The notes beneath the pieces are model-generated. The model was not told where the DNA came from and made no database searches. It saw only the letters and a list, made by a program, of their open reading frames with translations. From assembly GCA_965198005.1 (NCBI GenBank), contig CBDAOI010000004.1, positions 2,384,549 through 2,448,548 on the forward strand: a DNA stretch of 64,000 bases. Direction: 5' to 3'. Shown here in pieces: positions 61,869-64,000 of the stretch. Origin of the DNA: Spirochaetia bacterium (GTDB lineage Bacteria > Spirochaetota > Spirochaetia > SZUA-6 > Bin103). A program made the position numbers and the translations under genes. Every line of letters begins with the position of its first letter. Positions within the stretch are counted from its first letter, which is position 1.

Positions 61869-64000
61869 GTGCAGCGGTTCAAGACGATCTACTTTCCCGA
61901 CCATCCCGGCGTCGATGCGCGTCGCAACCTCAAGCTGGCGTTCGGCCCTGCGGATGACGATCTCTATCGTGCCGCGGCGCCGCTTGCGAGCGAGGAACTG
62001 CGCCGGCTGCTTGGCTGCGAGTCCTACTCCCAGTTGAGGGCAGCTGCCGAAGCGCGGGCGGTCACTGTGAACCGCTACGGAGTGGAGCGGCTGCGCTCGG
62101 TCCTGTCTCGACTCGACCCGCGTCGCCAGCTTCAGGCGCATGCCATTCAACCCGTGACCGCCGCTGTGGGGCACGCTGCTTTGGACCTGAATCCTGTACA
62201 CGCGACATTCCGCGGCGGCGCCGCGGAGCCGCTTCACGACTGGTACCCGTTCCTCGAAGGATACTCGCCGGAATTCGTGCGCAATGTACTTGCCGCCTGC
62301 GCTCCGGACGCGCGGCGGGTGCTGGATCCGTTTGCCGGCACGGGGACGACCCCGCTCACCGTGGCACAAGCAGATAAGGAGGGATTCTATTGCGAGCTCA
62401 GCCCGCTGCTCCAGCTTCTGGTGGAAACCAAGTCCGCCGTACTCGCTGTGTCGGACCGCGAGCGAGGCGAGATTGCCCGGCGCCTGAGCGCACTGGCGCA
62501 AGATCTGGTCCAATCGCTATCTGCCCATGAACCGGATCGAGCACTCGCGGAAGCATACGCCGGCGCATTCGGGGACAGCGCCTTCTTCTCTCCGCAGGCA
62601 TTCGACTGTAGTCTGAGGCTGCGCACATGGCTCGATTCCTTGGTGTACGAGGCGGCACCGATTGCCGACTTGGCCGCCGTAGCCGTGCTGCGCTCATTGG
62701 TACCATGTTCGAACATGATCCGCCGCGGTGATCTGCGGTTCCGTAGAGGAGCGGAGCGGTTGGCAGTTCGGTCCGACTTAGCGGGCGAGACAGCGGCCCG
62801 GATGTGCGCGATGGCGCGCGACATCGTCGATCTGGGTACCATTGCGAAGTCCCCTGTGCTGGTGGCGAGCGACGCCAAACTGCTGGATCGAGTTCCTGGC
62901 CTGGAAGTGGACGCGGTCGTCACTTCGCCCCCATATCTGAACGGCACCAACTACTACCGCAACACCAAGATCGAACTTTGGTTTCTGCGCACTTTGACCT
63001 GCACTGCGGATCTGACCGCGTTCCGCGAAGCCACAGTCACTGCGGGTATCAACGACGTGGTGGGCAGCAGACGCCGGGAGCCGGCGACGCCCTCGGTGGA
63101 GCGGCTCGTGCAGCAATTGGATGAACGCGCCTACGACCGCCGCATCCCGACCATGGTGGCGCGCTACTTCGCCGACATGCGTCAGGTTTTCCATGCGCTC
63201 TCCTACCACGTCGCACGCGCCGCGGTTCTGGCGATGGATATTGGAGACTCGTGCTACGCAGGGGTACACGTCGATACGCCACGCATCCTTGGCGAGCTGT
63301 TGAGCGCGCAAGGTTGGGTGCTGCGACCCGAGTACACGCTGCGACGCCGCGTTTCCCGCAGCCGCCAGCCTCTGCGGCAAGTACTTATGACCGCCCGCGC
63401 GCCAGCGCCCGCTCGCGGTCTCGGGAGCACGCAAGGAGGGTTACCCGGTGACGCACAAAGCCATGCCCCGGAGCACCCGACCGACTGGTCATCCGCTCAG
63501 ACCACGGCGTCAGAGCCACCACCCTGGCATGCAGCGTGGGATAGGTTCAAGGCCGACCTTCCGCACCGCCGCGACGACTACCGCCGTCGTAACTGGGGCA
63601 ATCCACTCCATTCGTTGTGCTCGTATCAAGGAAAGCTGAAGCCGTCACTGGCGCATCATTTGGTGGCGATATTCGCCAGTCCGGGTGGCCGACTCCTCGA
63701 TCCGTTCGGCGGCGTAGGGACCATAGCGTTCGAGGCAGCCGTGTGCGGTGTGACCGCATGGAGCTTTGATCTCAGCCCGGCGGCGGTCGCGATCGCGCGG
63801 GCCAAACTGGATCCGCCCACCTTCCATCAGTGTCTGAACGTTCTGCAAGATCTCGAAGCGTTCATCCGAACGTATCGGCCGACTGAATGCGAACGGAGCA
63901 GTGCGTCGTCCCTTCGTTTCAACGGCCGGCTTCCCGACTACTATCACCCCAGAACGTTCGACGAAATCCTTGCAGCACGCCGCTACTTCCTGGATGATCC
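61869..64000 (+). CDS. Tandem two-domain DNA methyltransferase (N4-cytosine type); runs off the window, start uncertain
   Basis: Own translation (absent from the ORF track because there is no stop): HDWYPFLEGYS, VLDPFAGTGTT, VVTSPPY, then LHSLCSYQGKLKP, LLDPFGGVGT in the same frame. Confidence 0.88.
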   Translation, partial: MQRFKTIYFPDHPGVDARRNLKLAFGPADDDLYRAAAPLASEELRRLLGCESYSQLRAAAEARAVTVNRYGVERLRSVLSRLDPRRQLQAHAIQPVTAAVGHAALDLNPVHATFRGGAAEPLHDWYPFLEGYSPEFVRNVLAACAPDARRVLDPFAGTGTTPLTVAQADKEGFYCELSPLLQLLVETKSAVLAVSDRERGEIARRLSALAQDLVQSLSAHEPDRALAEAYAGAFGDSAFFSPQAFDCSLRLRTWLDSLVYEAAPIADLAAVAVLRSLVPCSNMIRRGDLRFRRGAERLAVRSDLAGETAARMCAMARDIVDLGTIAKSPVLVASDAKLLDRVPGLEVDAVVTSPPYLNGTNYYRNTKIELWFLRTLTCTADLTAFREATVTAGINDVVGSRRREPATPSVERLVQQLDERAYDRRIPTMVARYFADMRQVFHALSYHVARAAVLAMDIGDSCYAGVHVDTPRILGELLSAQGWVLRPEYTLRRRVSRSRQPLRQVLMTARAPAPARGLGSTQGGLPGDAQSHAPEHPTDWSSAQTTASEPPPWHAAWDRFKADLPHRRDDYRRRNWGNPLHSLCSYQGKLKPSLAHHLVAIFASPGGRLLDPFGGVGTIAFEAAVCGVTAWSFDLSPAAVAIARAKLDPPTFHQCLNVLQDLEAFIRTYRPTECERSSASSLRFNGRLPDYYHPRTFDEILAARRYFLDD

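Noticed and set aside
1-64000. tRNA, rRNA, integron or prophage structural genes
   Set aside because: No cloverleaf or T-loop context, integrase or phage structural ORFs were recognised by eye.

Overview
GC-rich bacterial DNA from a diderm organism. It is probably a host-associated (sponge-type) spirochaete, inferred from spirochaete-style 'GLWA(A/G)GA' SBP signal regions, a spirochaete-like Mfd C-terminus, and Uma2, DUF1640, PhyH, TauD and Fn3/Calx-beta genes. Contents in order: (1) a tandem array of paralogous Dpp/Opp-type SBP-permease clusters interleaved with PIN toxin-antitoxin modules, a truncated IS110 and Uma2 (1-12.6 kb); (2) pckA, an SDR, a DtxR-family regulator, a fused double FabH/OleA-like gene, a methyltransferase and an atypical ileS (12.8-23.6 kb); (3) a BREX remnant (pglZ-brxL) cut by DUF222/IS630 fragments (23.7-30.7 kb); (4) a ~15.3 kb frameshifted giant autotransporter with two zinc-peptidase modules (36.2-51.5 kb); (5) sodC, a twin-AAA ATPase, toxin-antitoxin/defence genes, many gene fragments and a tandem double DNA methyltransferase running off the end. 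Roughly half of the genes are truncated or internally deleted at abrupt junctions, so assembly or polishing artefact must be excluded before any fusion is believed. The strongest candidates for something new are non-coding: a covarying structured leader with an 11-codon uORF in front of both SBP genes, two arrays of tandem promoter-like units, and a predicted IS110 bridge RNA. No tRNA, rRNA or CRISPR array was seen.
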